Source: an uncultured Bacteroides sp. (GTDB lineage Bacteria; Bacteroidota; Bacteroidia; Bacteroidales; Muribaculaceae). Taken from it: a stretch of 64,000 nt of DNA. Position numbers and translations under genes: made by a program. The notes under the pieces are model-generated. The model searched no databases and had not been told where the DNA came from. It saw only the letters and a program-made list of their open reading frames with translations. Location of the stretch: the NCBI GenBank assembly GCA_964442005.1, contig CAYTWG010000004.1, forward strand, positions 1,694-65,693, in the 5' to 3' direction. Below, piece after piece: positions 37,970-46,088 of this stretch; position 1 is the stretch's first letter; each line of letters starts with the position of its first letter.

Positions 37970-39089
37970 ACTGTCAGCCGCCATATTGTTACTGACTGTA
38001 GCAGTCTCATCGTGCCGCGACGAAATCTACATCTCGTCATCGGCAGTCAGCGACGTTGCCGACGGTCGCATGACAGCGGTTGCCGGTTTCTATCTCCTCA
38101 ACGAGGGCAACATGGGCTCCAACCGCGCGTCGATCGACTATATGGACGAGGAGACAGGCACCTACACGCGCAATATCTATTCCGAACGCAATCCGGGCGT
38201 GGTCAAGGAGCTTGGCGACGTAGGCAATGACCTCGTCATCTACGGCTCGCGCATGTATGCGGCAATCAACTGCTCTCATAAAGTGGAAGTGATGCACGCG
38301 CGTGACGCCCGACGCATCGACAAGATCGACATCCCCAACTGCCGATACATCGCCGGTCACGGAAGGAATGTCTACGTGTCGAGCTACATCTCTCCGGTGC
38401 AGGCTGATCCTCATGCGCCACGCGGAGCCGTGTTCCGCATCGACACCCTATCGCTCGAGATCACCGGCAGGGTCGACGTCGGCTATCAGCCCGAGGAACT
38501 CGCCGTCAGCAACGGAAAACTCTATGTCGCCAACTCCGGCGGTTACCGTGCCCCCGACTATGACCGCACGGTCAGCGTCATAGACCTTGAGACCTTCACG
38601 GTCATAAAAGAGATCGACGTAGCCCCCAATCTCCACCGTGTCAAGGTCGACAGCCACGGAATGGTCTATGTCAGTTCACGCGGCAACCTCGCCGACATTC
38701 CCTCGCGTCTTTTCATCATCGATCCTCAGCTCGACCGCGTGACAGCCGAGCTCGACTGCGAGGTGACCGACATGGCTGTCAGAGGTGACTCGCTATTCAC
38801 GTTTGCTTCGACACGCAACGACATCACCGGTACCCGCGCCATTTCCTACGCTATCGTGAATCTTGCTACCGGAACCGTATGCGGGACACCGATCACCGAC
38901 GGCACCGACGCCGACATAAAGATGCCCTACTGTATCGATGTCCACCCCGTAACAGGCGAAGTGTTCATCACCGATGCCCGTAACTACGTGTCATCGGGGC
39001 GCGTACACTGCTACTCTCCCGACGGCAAACGGCTATGGACTCAGAAGACCGGTGACATTCCCTCGTCCATCGCCTTTCTCCCGAAATAA
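37959..39089 (+). CDS. btuG: BtuG-like beta-propeller surface lipoprotein (corrinoid capture)
   Basis: Lipobox AVSSC. YncE-like repeats (FYLLNEGNMGSN..., LYVANSGGY...). The position downstream of btuB matches the published Bacteroides BtuG context. Confidence 0.7.
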   Translation: MKSKLSAAILLLTVAVSSCRDEIYISSSAVSDVADGRMTAVAGFYLLNEGNMGSNRASIDYMDEETGTYTRNIYSERNPGVVKELGDVGNDLVIYGSRMYAAINCSHKVEVMHARDARRIDKIDIPNCRYIAGHGRNVYVSSYISPVQADPHAPRGAVFRIDTLSLEITGRVDVGYQPEELAVSNGKLYVANSGGYRAPDYDRTVSVIDLETFTVIKEIDVAPNLHRVKVDSHGMVYVSSRGNLADIPSRLFIIDPQLDRVTAELDCEVTDMAVRGDSLFTFASTRNDITGTRAISYAIVNLATGTVCGTPITDGTDADIKMPYCIDVHPVTGEVFITDARNYVSSGRVHCYSPDGKRLWTQKTGDIPSSIAFLPK

Positions 39090-39153
39090 CACTCAACCCT
39101 GACAACTGACACATTTAACCCTCATAAGCAGCACATTTAACCCATATAAACCA

Positions 39154-39190
39154 CAAAGACCCGGCTGAGAGCGTCTCAGCCGGGTCTTTG
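39154..39190. terminator. bidirectional terminator between btuG and the CoA-transferase gene
   Basis: 16-bp perfect stem CAAAGACCCGGCTGAG / CTCAGCCGGGTCTTTG with a 5-nt loop, flanked by A/T runs on both sides. Confidence 0.7.
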
Positions 39191-39222
39191 TTATAGAGAT
39201 AGCGTTATCGCTTATTGATAAA

Positions 39223-40719
39223 TCAATGGATAAACTTTGAGTAATCGGTATTGCGCATGTCACCTGAGTTGGCAAACTCAACATGGAACGCAAATGCAGC
39301 AGCGAGTGAGTGAGGAGTCTGACCACCCTTGCCCATCTTGAGGTAATCCCAGAGGAGTTCTTTGTACATAGGATGAGCGCAGTTGGTGATGATAGCCTCG
39401 GCGCGCTGTACGGGATCTTTTCCACGGAGGTCGGCAACACCCTGGTCGGTGATGAGGATGTCGACCGAGTGCTCGCTATGATCGGGGTGAGCGACCATGG
39501 GGACAATGTTACTGATCAGACCGCCCTTGGTCACTGACGGACAGCTGAAGATCGACAGGTATGCGTTGCGGGTGAAGTCGCCTGAACCGCCGATACCGTT
39601 CATCATGCGGGTTCCGAGCACGTGTGTCGAGTTGACGCAACCGAAGATGTCAGCCTCGAGCGCTGTGTTCATCGATATGACACCGAGACGACGTATTACC
39701 TCGGGGTTGTTGGAGATTTCGGCAGGACGCAACAAAATCTTGTCATGGAAATATTTGAGTTCGGAGAAAAGCTCTTCTTCCACGTCGTCGCTGAATGTCA
39801 TCGAGCAGGTGCTGGCAAACGTACACTTGCCTTTCTTCATAAGATCGAGCACGGCGTTCTGTACCACCTCGGTGTACATCATGAAAGGAGGAATCTCCTT
39901 GCTCTCGCCGAGATCATAGAGCACTGCATTGGCAACGTTGCCTACGCCCGACTGAAGGGGAAGGAACTCTTTGGGGATGCGTCCGAGACGATACTCCGAG
40001 AGGAGGAAGTTGACAACGTTTGAACCGATCTGCTTGCTGACCTCGTCGGGCTCGGTGAAGGGCTTCACACCGTCGAGCGCATGAGTCTTGACAATACCTA
40101 CCACCTTCTTGGGGTCGATCTTCAGCACGGGAGAACCGATACGGTCATTAGGCTTGAAGATAGGTATCTCGCTACGGAAGGGGGGATCCTGAAGAAGCAC
40201 GACATCGTGCATGCCGTAGAGAGACGTAGGAAGTGCCGAGTTAAGCTCGATAAAGATTTTGTCAGCCATAGCGGCATAGGTCGGGATGTTACCTAAGCCT
40301 GTACCGAGGATTACTTCGCCGTCGGGAGTGATATCGGCTGCCTCGATGATCGCATAGTCGATTTTCCCGTAGAAACCGTAACGGGTTTCCTGTGCCATTT
40401 CCGAGAGGTGACGGTCAAAATAGTGAGCGTCGTGACAATTGATACGTTTGCGGAGGTCAGGTGTGTTCTGATAAGGAGCGCGCATGTTAACGGCATTGTT
40501 ACGCGATAAGATTCCGTCAACATGGTCATTAGTAGAGGCGCCTGTAAGGATATTCACTTTGAACGGGCGACCTTCTTCATGTTCTTTAGCAGCCTTGATT
40601 GCAACTGCTTCAGGGATTGATTTAGGATTACCGGGAGCGGTGAAACCCGACAGACCCAGTGTGTCGCCATTCTTAATCATTTCGGCTGCTTCTTGAGCCG
40701 TCATAAAATTAAATGCCAT
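39223..40719 (-). CDS. acetyl-CoA hydrolase/transferase family protein (succinate/propionate CoA-transferase-like)
   Basis: 498 aa with MAFNFMTAQEAAEMIKNGDTLGLSGFT..., ...GIGGSGDF... and ...EHSVDILITDQGVADLRG, family hallmarks. Confidence 0.85.
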   Translation of the reverse strand: MAFNFMTAQEAAEMIKNGDTLGLSGFTAPGNPKSIPEAVAIKAAKEHEEGRPFKVNILTGASTNDHVDGILSRNNAVNMRAPYQNTPDLRKRINCHDAHYFDRHLSEMAQETRYGFYGKIDYAIIEAADITPDGEVILGTGLGNIPTYAAMADKIFIELNSALPTSLYGMHDVVLLQDPPFRSEIPIFKPNDRIGSPVLKIDPKKVVGIVKTHALDGVKPFTEPDEVSKQIGSNVVNFLLSEYRLGRIPKEFLPLQSGVGNVANAVLYDLGESKEIPPFMMYTEVVQNAVLDLMKKGKCTFASTCSMTFSDDVEEELFSELKYFHDKILLRPAEISNNPEVIRRLGVISMNTALEADIFGCVNSTHVLGTRMMNGIGGSGDFTRNAYLSIFSCPSVTKGGLISNIVPMVAHPDHSEHSVDILITDQGVADLRGKDPVQRAEAIITNCAHPMYKELLWDYLKMGKGGQTPHSLAAAFAFHVEFANSGDMRNTDYSKFIH

Positions 40720-40773
40720 ATAACTATTTCTAAAATTATCCTTAATTTTTTGCTACAATAATGATGGTTTTAC

Positions 40774-40791
40774 TAATTTTGCACAAAATTA
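40774..40791. promoter_or_regulatory. back-to-back overlapping -7 boxes (TAATTTTG on both strands)
   Basis: TAATTTTG at 40774-40781 (+, towards miaB) and CAAAATTA at 40784-40791 (= TAATTTTG on the minus strand, towards the CoA-transferase gene). Confidence 0.45.
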
Positions 40792-40910
40792 AGCAAAATT
40801 CCAGTCATAAACAAAATTTTAATTGATTTATGACTTTTTCAGACCTCACGACCGGCGTCCTCACGCAAATGTAATGCAACCGCCGTGCGCGTAACAACAT
40901 TTATACGACA

Positions 40911-42281
40911 ATGTCTAAACACTCAACCGACAATAATTCAAATAATGACAGCCGCCGGCTGTTCATCGAGACCTACGGATGCCAGATGAACGTAGCCGAC
41001 AGCGAAGTCGTCGCCTCGATCATGGAAATGGCCGGGTACGAGATGACCGACACCCCCGAGAATGCCGACGCGATATTGCTCAACACCTGTTCGATACGCG
41101 ACAACGCCGAGCAGAAGATCATCTCAAGGCTTATCTATCTCGGCTCGCTGCGCCGCAAACGTCCCCGCGGCTACCGTCTTATCATCGGCGTCATCGGCTG
41201 CATGGCTGAACGTGTGCGCCAGACTCTTATCAATGACCACGGTGTAGATATCGTTGCCGGACCCGACTCATATCTCGACCTCCCCAACCTCTTCGCCGCT
41301 GCCGAGGCGGGCGAGAAGGCAATCAACGTGGAACTGAGCACCACAGAGACCTACCGCGAGGTAATCCCCTCGCGCATCACAGGCAACCGAGTGGGCGGCT
41401 TCATCAGCATTATGCGCGGATGCAACAATTTCTGCTCTTATTGCATCGTACCTTATACCCGAGGTCGTGAACGCAGCCGCGAGCTCGACAGCATCCTTAA
41501 CGAGTTACGTGACCTCAGCGCCAAGGGATTTAAGGAAGTCACCCTGCTGGGACAGAACGTCAACAGCTACCGCTACGTCACCTCCGACGGCGAGACCGTG
41601 ACATTTGCCCGTCTCCTCGCAGCCGTTGCCGAAGCCGCGCCCCACATGAGAGTACGCTTCACCACCTCCCACCCCAAGGATATGAGTGACGAGACAATTG
41701 ATGTCATCGCCCGCTACCCCAACATCTGCAACCACATCCATCTTCCCGTCCAGTCGGGCTCTGACAAGGTGCTGAAATTGATGAACCGCAAGTACACACG
41801 CCAATGGTATCTCGACCGCATAGCGGCTATACGGCGTGCCATCCCCGACTGCGGCATCTCCACCGATCTTTTCACAGGCTTCCACGACGAGACCGAGGAA
41901 GATTTTCAGGAGACCTTGTCATTGATGCGCGAAGTAGGGTTTGACTCATCTTTCATGTTCAAATATTCCGAGCGCCCGGGCACCCTTGCATCACGCGAAA
42001 TGCCTGACAATATCCCCGAAGATGTAAAGATCGAACGCCTTAACCGCATGATAGCTTTGCAGAACGAACTGTCGGCTGAATCCAATCGACGAGACATCGG
42101 CAAAACCTTTGACGTACTTGTCGAGGGCGTATCGAAACGCAGCACGGAGCAGTGGGTCGGTCGTACTCAGCAGAACAAGACTGCAGTATTCCCGCGCGGC
42201 AATTACCACGTCGGCGACATAGTAAAAATCCGCGTCATCGATGCGTCATCGGCAACTCTCATCGGCGAACTCGCCCAATAA
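40911..42281 (+). CDS. miaB: tRNA (N6-isopentenyl-A37) methylthiotransferase MiaB
   Basis: FIETYGCQMNVADSE, the radical-SAM motif CNNFCSYCIVP, and a C-terminal TRAM domain. Confidence 0.9.
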   Translation: MSKHSTDNNSNNDSRRLFIETYGCQMNVADSEVVASIMEMAGYEMTDTPENADAILLNTCSIRDNAEQKIISRLIYLGSLRRKRPRGYRLIIGVIGCMAERVRQTLINDHGVDIVAGPDSYLDLPNLFAAAEAGEKAINVELSTTETYREVIPSRITGNRVGGFISIMRGCNNFCSYCIVPYTRGRERSRELDSILNELRDLSAKGFKEVTLLGQNVNSYRYVTSDGETVTFARLLAAVAEAAPHMRVRFTTSHPKDMSDETIDVIARYPNICNHIHLPVQSGSDKVLKLMNRKYTRQWYLDRIAAIRRAIPDCGISTDLFTGFHDETEEDFQETLSLMREVGFDSSFMFKYSERPGTLASREMPDNIPEDVKIERLNRMIALQNELSAESNRRDIGKTFDVLVEGVSKRSTEQWVGRTQQNKTAVFPRGNYHVGDIVKIRVIDASSATLIGELAQ

Positions 42282-42359
42282 TCCTCTATAAGCTATAAGA
42301 AATTCCCCCGGCAGTCATCCAAAATCACAAAAACCCGACTGCACCCTGGGATTATACAA

Positions 42360-42468
42360 TTGTCCACCCGTAGGGACGCGATGCATCGCGTTAACCGCCG
42401 CCGTGAATAAACCCACGCATAACATATTGGATAATAACGCGATACATCGCGTCCCTACTGGCGGACAA
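42360..42468. repeat. REP/MITE-like nested-palindrome element, copy a
   Basis: TTGTCCACCCGTAGGGACGCGATGCATCGCGTTAACCGCCGCC ... GATAATAACGCGATACATCGCGTCCCTACTGGCGGACAA. About 34-bp imperfect terminal inverted repeats. Confidence 0.85.
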
Positions 42469-42526
42469 TCCCATCATTTTCGACGTGGCGGGCAATCGAT
42501 ATTACGCCATGATTCCGACGTGACGG

Positions 42527-43237
42527 TTATTCCGGGACGAGGCGGAAGCGGGACATCTGTGCGATGACTTCGGGGTCAAATTCTTTTTTGAGGACGAGGA
42601 CGCGGTCTATGTCGGCTTCACAGCCTACGTTGCCCTCGTCGATGCTGCGGCGGTACCAGTAGATCGCTTCGTCGAGTTCGGCAATCGTGCGGTGGCTGTC
42701 TTCAAGACGGCGCGCCACGTCCCACATCGCCACCGGGTCACCGTTCTGTGCGCCCAGCAGTTCCACCTCCTTCATGCGCGGCATCAGCGGCGTGATGAAA
42801 CGCTCCACCGCCTCGACAAACCGCATCAGCGAGCAGTGATAGGCGCATATCGCGCAGTGCTGCGACAGTATTCGCCTGATGTTGGCGACCCCCTCGGTTG
42901 AGAACTCGCGGCAGCATCTTACCGACAGCGGCAGCGTCTCGCCGTTGCTGTTGGCAATCTCTTTTATCTCAACAGTTTCCGGCTGTTTCATTACGGGAGC
43001 GGCAGGGCGCGGTTTTGGCTGTCGTGGCACGGCACGGCGACGGCGGTCGATACGTGTGCGGTAGGTCTTGAACTCTTTAGCGACGGCAGGGTCGGAGATA
43101 TAACCGGCAACCGAATCGGCGTCGCCCGTTTCGGCAAACTGTTTCACGGCATTGATAAGGTTAACGAGTCCCTCGGCGTCGAGCGCTTCCACGGTTTTGA
43201 AATCGAGTCGGAAATTAGTCAGCTGTTTCATAGACAA
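42527..43237 (-). CDS. hypothetical protein with one Sel1-like repeat
   Basis: 236-aa ORF with a basic/Pro-rich linker (RRRRAVPRQPKPRPAAP). C-terminal GDPVAMWDVARRLED...AIYWYRRSIDEGN is Sel1-like. No family recognised. Confidence 0.55.
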   Translation of the reverse strand: MSMKQLTNFRLDFKTVEALDAEGLVNLINAVKQFAETGDADSVAGYISDPAVAKEFKTYRTRIDRRRRAVPRQPKPRPAAPVMKQPETVEIKEIANSNGETLPLSVRCCREFSTEGVANIRRILSQHCAICAYHCSLMRFVEAVERFITPLMPRMKEVELLGAQNGDPVAMWDVARRLEDSHRTIAELDEAIYWYRRSIDEGNVGCEADIDRVLVLKKEFDPEVIAQMSRFRLVPE

Positions 43238-43314
43238 TAATGATTTTTTCGCGCAAAATTACACCCGCTCCATCTCCGGTAATTGTCCATCATGTCACTT
43301 TCAATTCTCCTCCA

Positions 43315-43425
43315 GTAGGGACGCGATGCATCGCGTTAACCGCCGCTCTGCAAAGCCGCGAGCAAAAAACCGCGGCAAACCGCGCATAACGCATTGGATA
43401 ATAACGCGATACATCGCGTCCCTAC
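43315..43425. repeat. REP/MITE-like element, copy b
   Basis: GTAGGGACGCGATGCATCGCGTTAACCGCCGC ... GATAATAACGCGATACATCGCGTCCCTAC. Confidence 0.85.
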
Positions 43426-43501
43426 AGGCGGCAATCCGTTCGGCATGCGGTACGTGAGCGATACAGGTGTGACACCCGATGAAATGAACTGTTATCCTCC
43501 G

Positions 43502-43589
43502 GTAGGGACGCGATGAATCGCGTTAACTGCCGCCACGCAAAAAGCACACATAACTCAATGGGTGATAACGCGATGCATCGCGTCCCTAC
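43502..43589. repeat. REP/MITE-like element, copy c
   Basis: GTAGGGACGCGATGAATCGCGTTAACTGCCGCC ... GATAACGCGATGCATCGCGTCCCTAC. Confidence 0.85.
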
Positions 43590-43668
43590 TGCTGGCGGCA
43601 ATCCGTTCGGCATGCGGTACGTGAGCGATACAGGTGTGACACCCGATGAAATGAACTGTTATCCTCCG

Positions 43669-43702
43669 GTAGGGACGCGATGAATCGCGTTAACTGCCGC
43701 CA
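43669..43702. repeat. REP/MITE-like element, copy d (left arm only)
   Basis: GTAGGGACGCGATGAATCGCGTTAACTGCCGCCA. No right arm follows. Confidence 0.8.
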
Positions 43703-43845
43703 ATCTCGCCAATGCCCCGCGGAACCACATATAACAGCCAGTATACAAACACAATACGTAACATTACGGCGGCTAAAAAAATTGTTTATATCACTTATTT
43801 TTCAAAAAAATTTCCGAAATTATTTAATATTCTATCTAAAAATCT

Positions 43846-43853
43846 TAATTTTG
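43846..43853 (+). promoter_or_regulatory. -7 box TAATTTTG
   Basis: Matches TAnnTTTG in an AT-rich tract, about 370 nt upstream of the next CDS (44222). Confidence 0.4.
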
Positions 43854-43859
43854 TGCTTG

Positions 43860-44215
43860 TTAACTATACCGCAGAAGCCTATTCGGGTGAGTGGGACGGT
43901 TAACATGACATATGAAGCGTTTACTCGGCGCTCATTCTTGACTTTCCGAAATCTGGTAAATTTCAATCACTGTCAGGAATGTAGCAAACAGTAGATGCCT
44001 TGTGGATATATATATAATCCTATCATTAGCAAGCGTGCGAACGTGAGCTACTGGTATGTAATATATTCAGCGTGAGGCTTCTGCAGGTTTGCTCGTTCAA
44101 CAGTGATGGGCAATACCAGAGCCTCGGAAAGTGGAACGAGCAACAAGTACGGCTCTCACGCTTTCTCGTTTAATAATGCCGAAGAGGTGAGCCCGGAGGC
44201 ACAAAATCATTATCC
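43860..44215 (+). ncRNA. candidate structured RNA or long structured 5' leader (unclassified)
   Basis: No credible ORF. Long-range helix 43868-43880/44075-44088 (13 bp, one bulge). 10-bp hairpin 44089-44098/44134-44143. Alternative or pseudoknot pairing 44069-44076/44155-44162. Confidence 0.3.
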
Positions 44216-44221
44216 AATATT

Positions 44222-44773
44222 ATGTCATTTTTAAGAAAAAAATCACTGCTCATTACTTTAACTGCAGTAATTTTAGCATTGGGTCTGCAGTCATGTGGCA
44301 GCAGGAAGTATCTTGTCGTCCCTCATTCAGTCAGTACTGCTTCAGCTGTCACAGTTGACGATTTAAATCTCAAACCGGGAGATTACGAAATTCTTAAGAC
44401 AGTCTCAGAAACTGCCTCTGTACTTTGCGAGTACAAAAATAGCGAAATTAAAATAACCAGTGAGGACGGAGATTTTTCCTATACATTTGAATGGGATTCA
44501 AAATTTGGAAAATGGTCATTGAAATCATTTGCCGGAGCCGCAGCTTTCGGATATTTTAAATCCAATTATGAGGGTAAGTATTCAGGGATTCCCGATGCAG
44601 AGGAATTTGCGCGGCGAGTTGCAATGTCGCGTATAATTGCTGTGCTGAGAGATTATGATGCTGATGCCGTGATTGAACCCGTATGCGTTACACGCGTATC
44701 AAATGAAGGAAGACGATCCGTGATTTATTCTACAACCGTAACCGCAAAACTTATTCAAATTAAAGTAAAATGA
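44222..44773 (+). CDS. hypothetical lipoprotein
   Basis: 183 aa, lipobox LGLQSC, AT-rich. No family recognised. Confidence 0.65.
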   Translation: MSFLRKKSLLITLTAVILALGLQSCGSRKYLVVPHSVSTASAVTVDDLNLKPGDYEILKTVSETASVLCEYKNSEIKITSEDGDFSYTFEWDSKFGKWSLKSFAGAAAFGYFKSNYEGKYSGIPDAEEFARRVAMSRIIAVLRDYDADAVIEPVCVTRVSNEGRRSVIYSTTVTAKLIQIKVK

Positions 44774-45717
44774 AAAAATTCCATCTAATTATATCTGCAA
44801 TAGCAATCGCTATCACTATTACATCATGTAGAGCCATATATACTCCTAAGCTGGCTCCTACTACAGTAGAATTTATTTCTTCATCAGTCCCGGCTGACCG
44901 TTATGATAATCTTAACCGTGGTATAAATCTTGCCGTAGTGTCAGATGTACAGACATCCGAAATGATTGATAATAGTGAACTTAAACCAAGGCTTAAGAAA
45001 ATCTGGGATAAGGCTAAAATTACGTTCACCCCCTCATTAAAATCCTTTGTTGAAAGTTCAATGACGACGTATATGCGTCGCATGGGAATTAAAGTCAACG
45101 GAGATAATGACTCGGATTATAAGCTTAGAGTTACAGTTCAAGAGTTTAAAATTGTACGACAAGAGACAAATGGTCGAGTCACTGTTGTTCTTGCCTATAC
45201 TCTTAGCAACAACAATAATGAGCAGATTTTCAGCAAAGTTGCCCGCGGGCGCTATATTGCCAATGGCTCAATTGTTGATGCTTTCGATAGGGCTTATGAC
45301 AAGGCTCTTGCCGATATGGACTGGCAGGCAATCGCCGATGCTCTTACGACTCACAACCGTCCTGAACAGGAAGGGCAGCGTCAGGTCACCGGCGAGGGTG
45401 ATACCTCACTTGAGCATACCGTAATACGCTGGTTTATTGATTCATCTCCTAAGGGAGCTGATGTGACATGGCGCGTTATCTCTTCAACTCCCGATGTTAA
45501 AAACACAAATTCCACCTATGTAGGTACTACTCCTTATGAAACTACGGAAACATTCGACATACGCGGTCTTAAATTTGAGAACTCAGGAAATGTACAGATA
45601 GAAGTGATGTGTGAGAAACCCGGATATCTCCCGCAGAAACGTCGCTTCAATCTCCGCCAGGCATTAGAGCAACGCGAAATCTCAGCAAAATTCAATCTTG
45701 TAAAAGAGGATGAATAA
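44770..45717 (+). CDS. hypothetical lipoprotein with C-terminal PEGA-like domain
   Basis: ATGA overlap with the upstream gene. Lipobox ITITSC. The C-terminus IDSSPKGADVTW...YVGTTPYE...KPGYLPQ is a PEGA-like pattern. Confidence 0.65.
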   Translation: MKKFHLIISAIAIAITITSCRAIYTPKLAPTTVEFISSSVPADRYDNLNRGINLAVVSDVQTSEMIDNSELKPRLKKIWDKAKITFTPSLKSFVESSMTTYMRRMGIKVNGDNDSDYKLRVTVQEFKIVRQETNGRVTVVLAYTLSNNNNEQIFSKVARGRYIANGSIVDAFDRAYDKALADMDWQAIADALTTHNRPEQEGQRQVTGEGDTSLEHTVIRWFIDSSPKGADVTWRVISSTPDVKNTNSTYVGTTPYETTETFDIRGLKFENSGNVQIEVMCEKPGYLPQKRRFNLRQALEQREISAKFNLVKEDE

Positions 45718-45743
45718 CAGGTATAGTAATAATATGCTTAGAT

Positions 45744-45780
45744 AAATCAGCCGCTTGACCTGATGTCAAGCGGCTGATTT
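45744..45780 (+). terminator. rho-independent terminator of the lipoprotein pair
   Basis: 16-bp perfect stem AAATCAGCCGCTTGAC / GTCAAGCGGCTGATTT with a 5-nt loop and a T-rich 3' side. Confidence 0.7.
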
Positions 45781-45814
45781 TGTATTATTGAGACATGAAC
45801 ATTATTACCCTTTT

Positions 45815-45842
45815 GTAGGGACGCGATGCATCGCGTCCCTAC
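45815..45842. repeat. REP core, minimal 28-bp perfect palindrome (copy e)
   Basis: GTAGGGACGCGATGCATCGCGTCCCTAC is its own reverse complement. A degenerate arm-like remnant (GTTAACGACCATCGCGTCCGTGC) lies about 25 nt downstream. Confidence 0.85.
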
Positions 45843-45984
45843 TCGCAAGAAAATCGTGTCTTATGTTAACGACCATCGCGTCCGTGCCGTCAGGGAAATT
45901 GCAGTGGAGTTATTATCGGGGAGTTTGGGATGAGTTTGGGATAGTTTTTAGGGGAAAAGTATTGACAACGGGGTTGAAATTTAT

Positions 45985-45992
45985 TAAATTTG
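45985..45992 (+). promoter_or_regulatory. -7 box TAAATTTG for the ftsX operon
   Basis: Matches TAnnTTTG, with TTGACA 21 nt upstream, about 97 nt before the ATG at 46089. Confidence 0.45.
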
Positions 45993-46088
45993 CAGCTTAA
46001 TTGGACGCGAAGCGCTTGTTGACTCCGTTTCCCCTCACGGAATGTCAACAATCTTACTCTGCAGTCCGCTCTCTTTACATTAATTAAT

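Larger units (their letters stand above)
43427..43702. repeat. 167-bp-period tandem duplication containing REP copies c and d
   Basis: 43427-43535 is identical (109/109 by eye) to 43594-43702. One unit is a 75-nt spacer plus a REP element. The second unit breaks off after the left arm. Confidence 0.9.

Noticed and set aside
37136-37984. 282-aa minus-strand ORF
   Set aside because: It is antisense to the plus-strand lipoprotein gene at 37079-37969, which has a lipobox and ATGA coupling to btuB. The minus frame has no start context or motifs.
43300-43710. Possible CRISPR array (repeated about 28-nt palindromic units with intervening sequence)
   Set aside because: The units occur as inverted pairs, not as direct repeats. 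The spacing is irregular. The 'spacers' at 43427-43501 and 43594-43668 are identical to each other (a tandem duplication). The same palindrome is scattered singly at five other intergenic sites, and no cas genes are present.
43680-43994. 104-aa and 63-aa plus-strand ORFs
   Set aside because: They begin inside a REP half-element and run through an AT-rich promoter tract. The sequence is low-complexity (…KKLFISLIFQKNFRNYLIFYLKILILCLL…), with no start context.
43860-44215. Identity of the candidate RNA as RNase P RNA, tmRNA, 6S or SRP RNA
   Set aside because: I could not find the RNase P GGAAAGTCCGG and ACAGAACCCGGCTTA-type blocks, a tmRNA tag ORF or tRNA-like 3' end (…TCCACCA), or the SRP GGAA/AGCA helix-8 motifs. 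It therefore remains unclassified rather than assigned.
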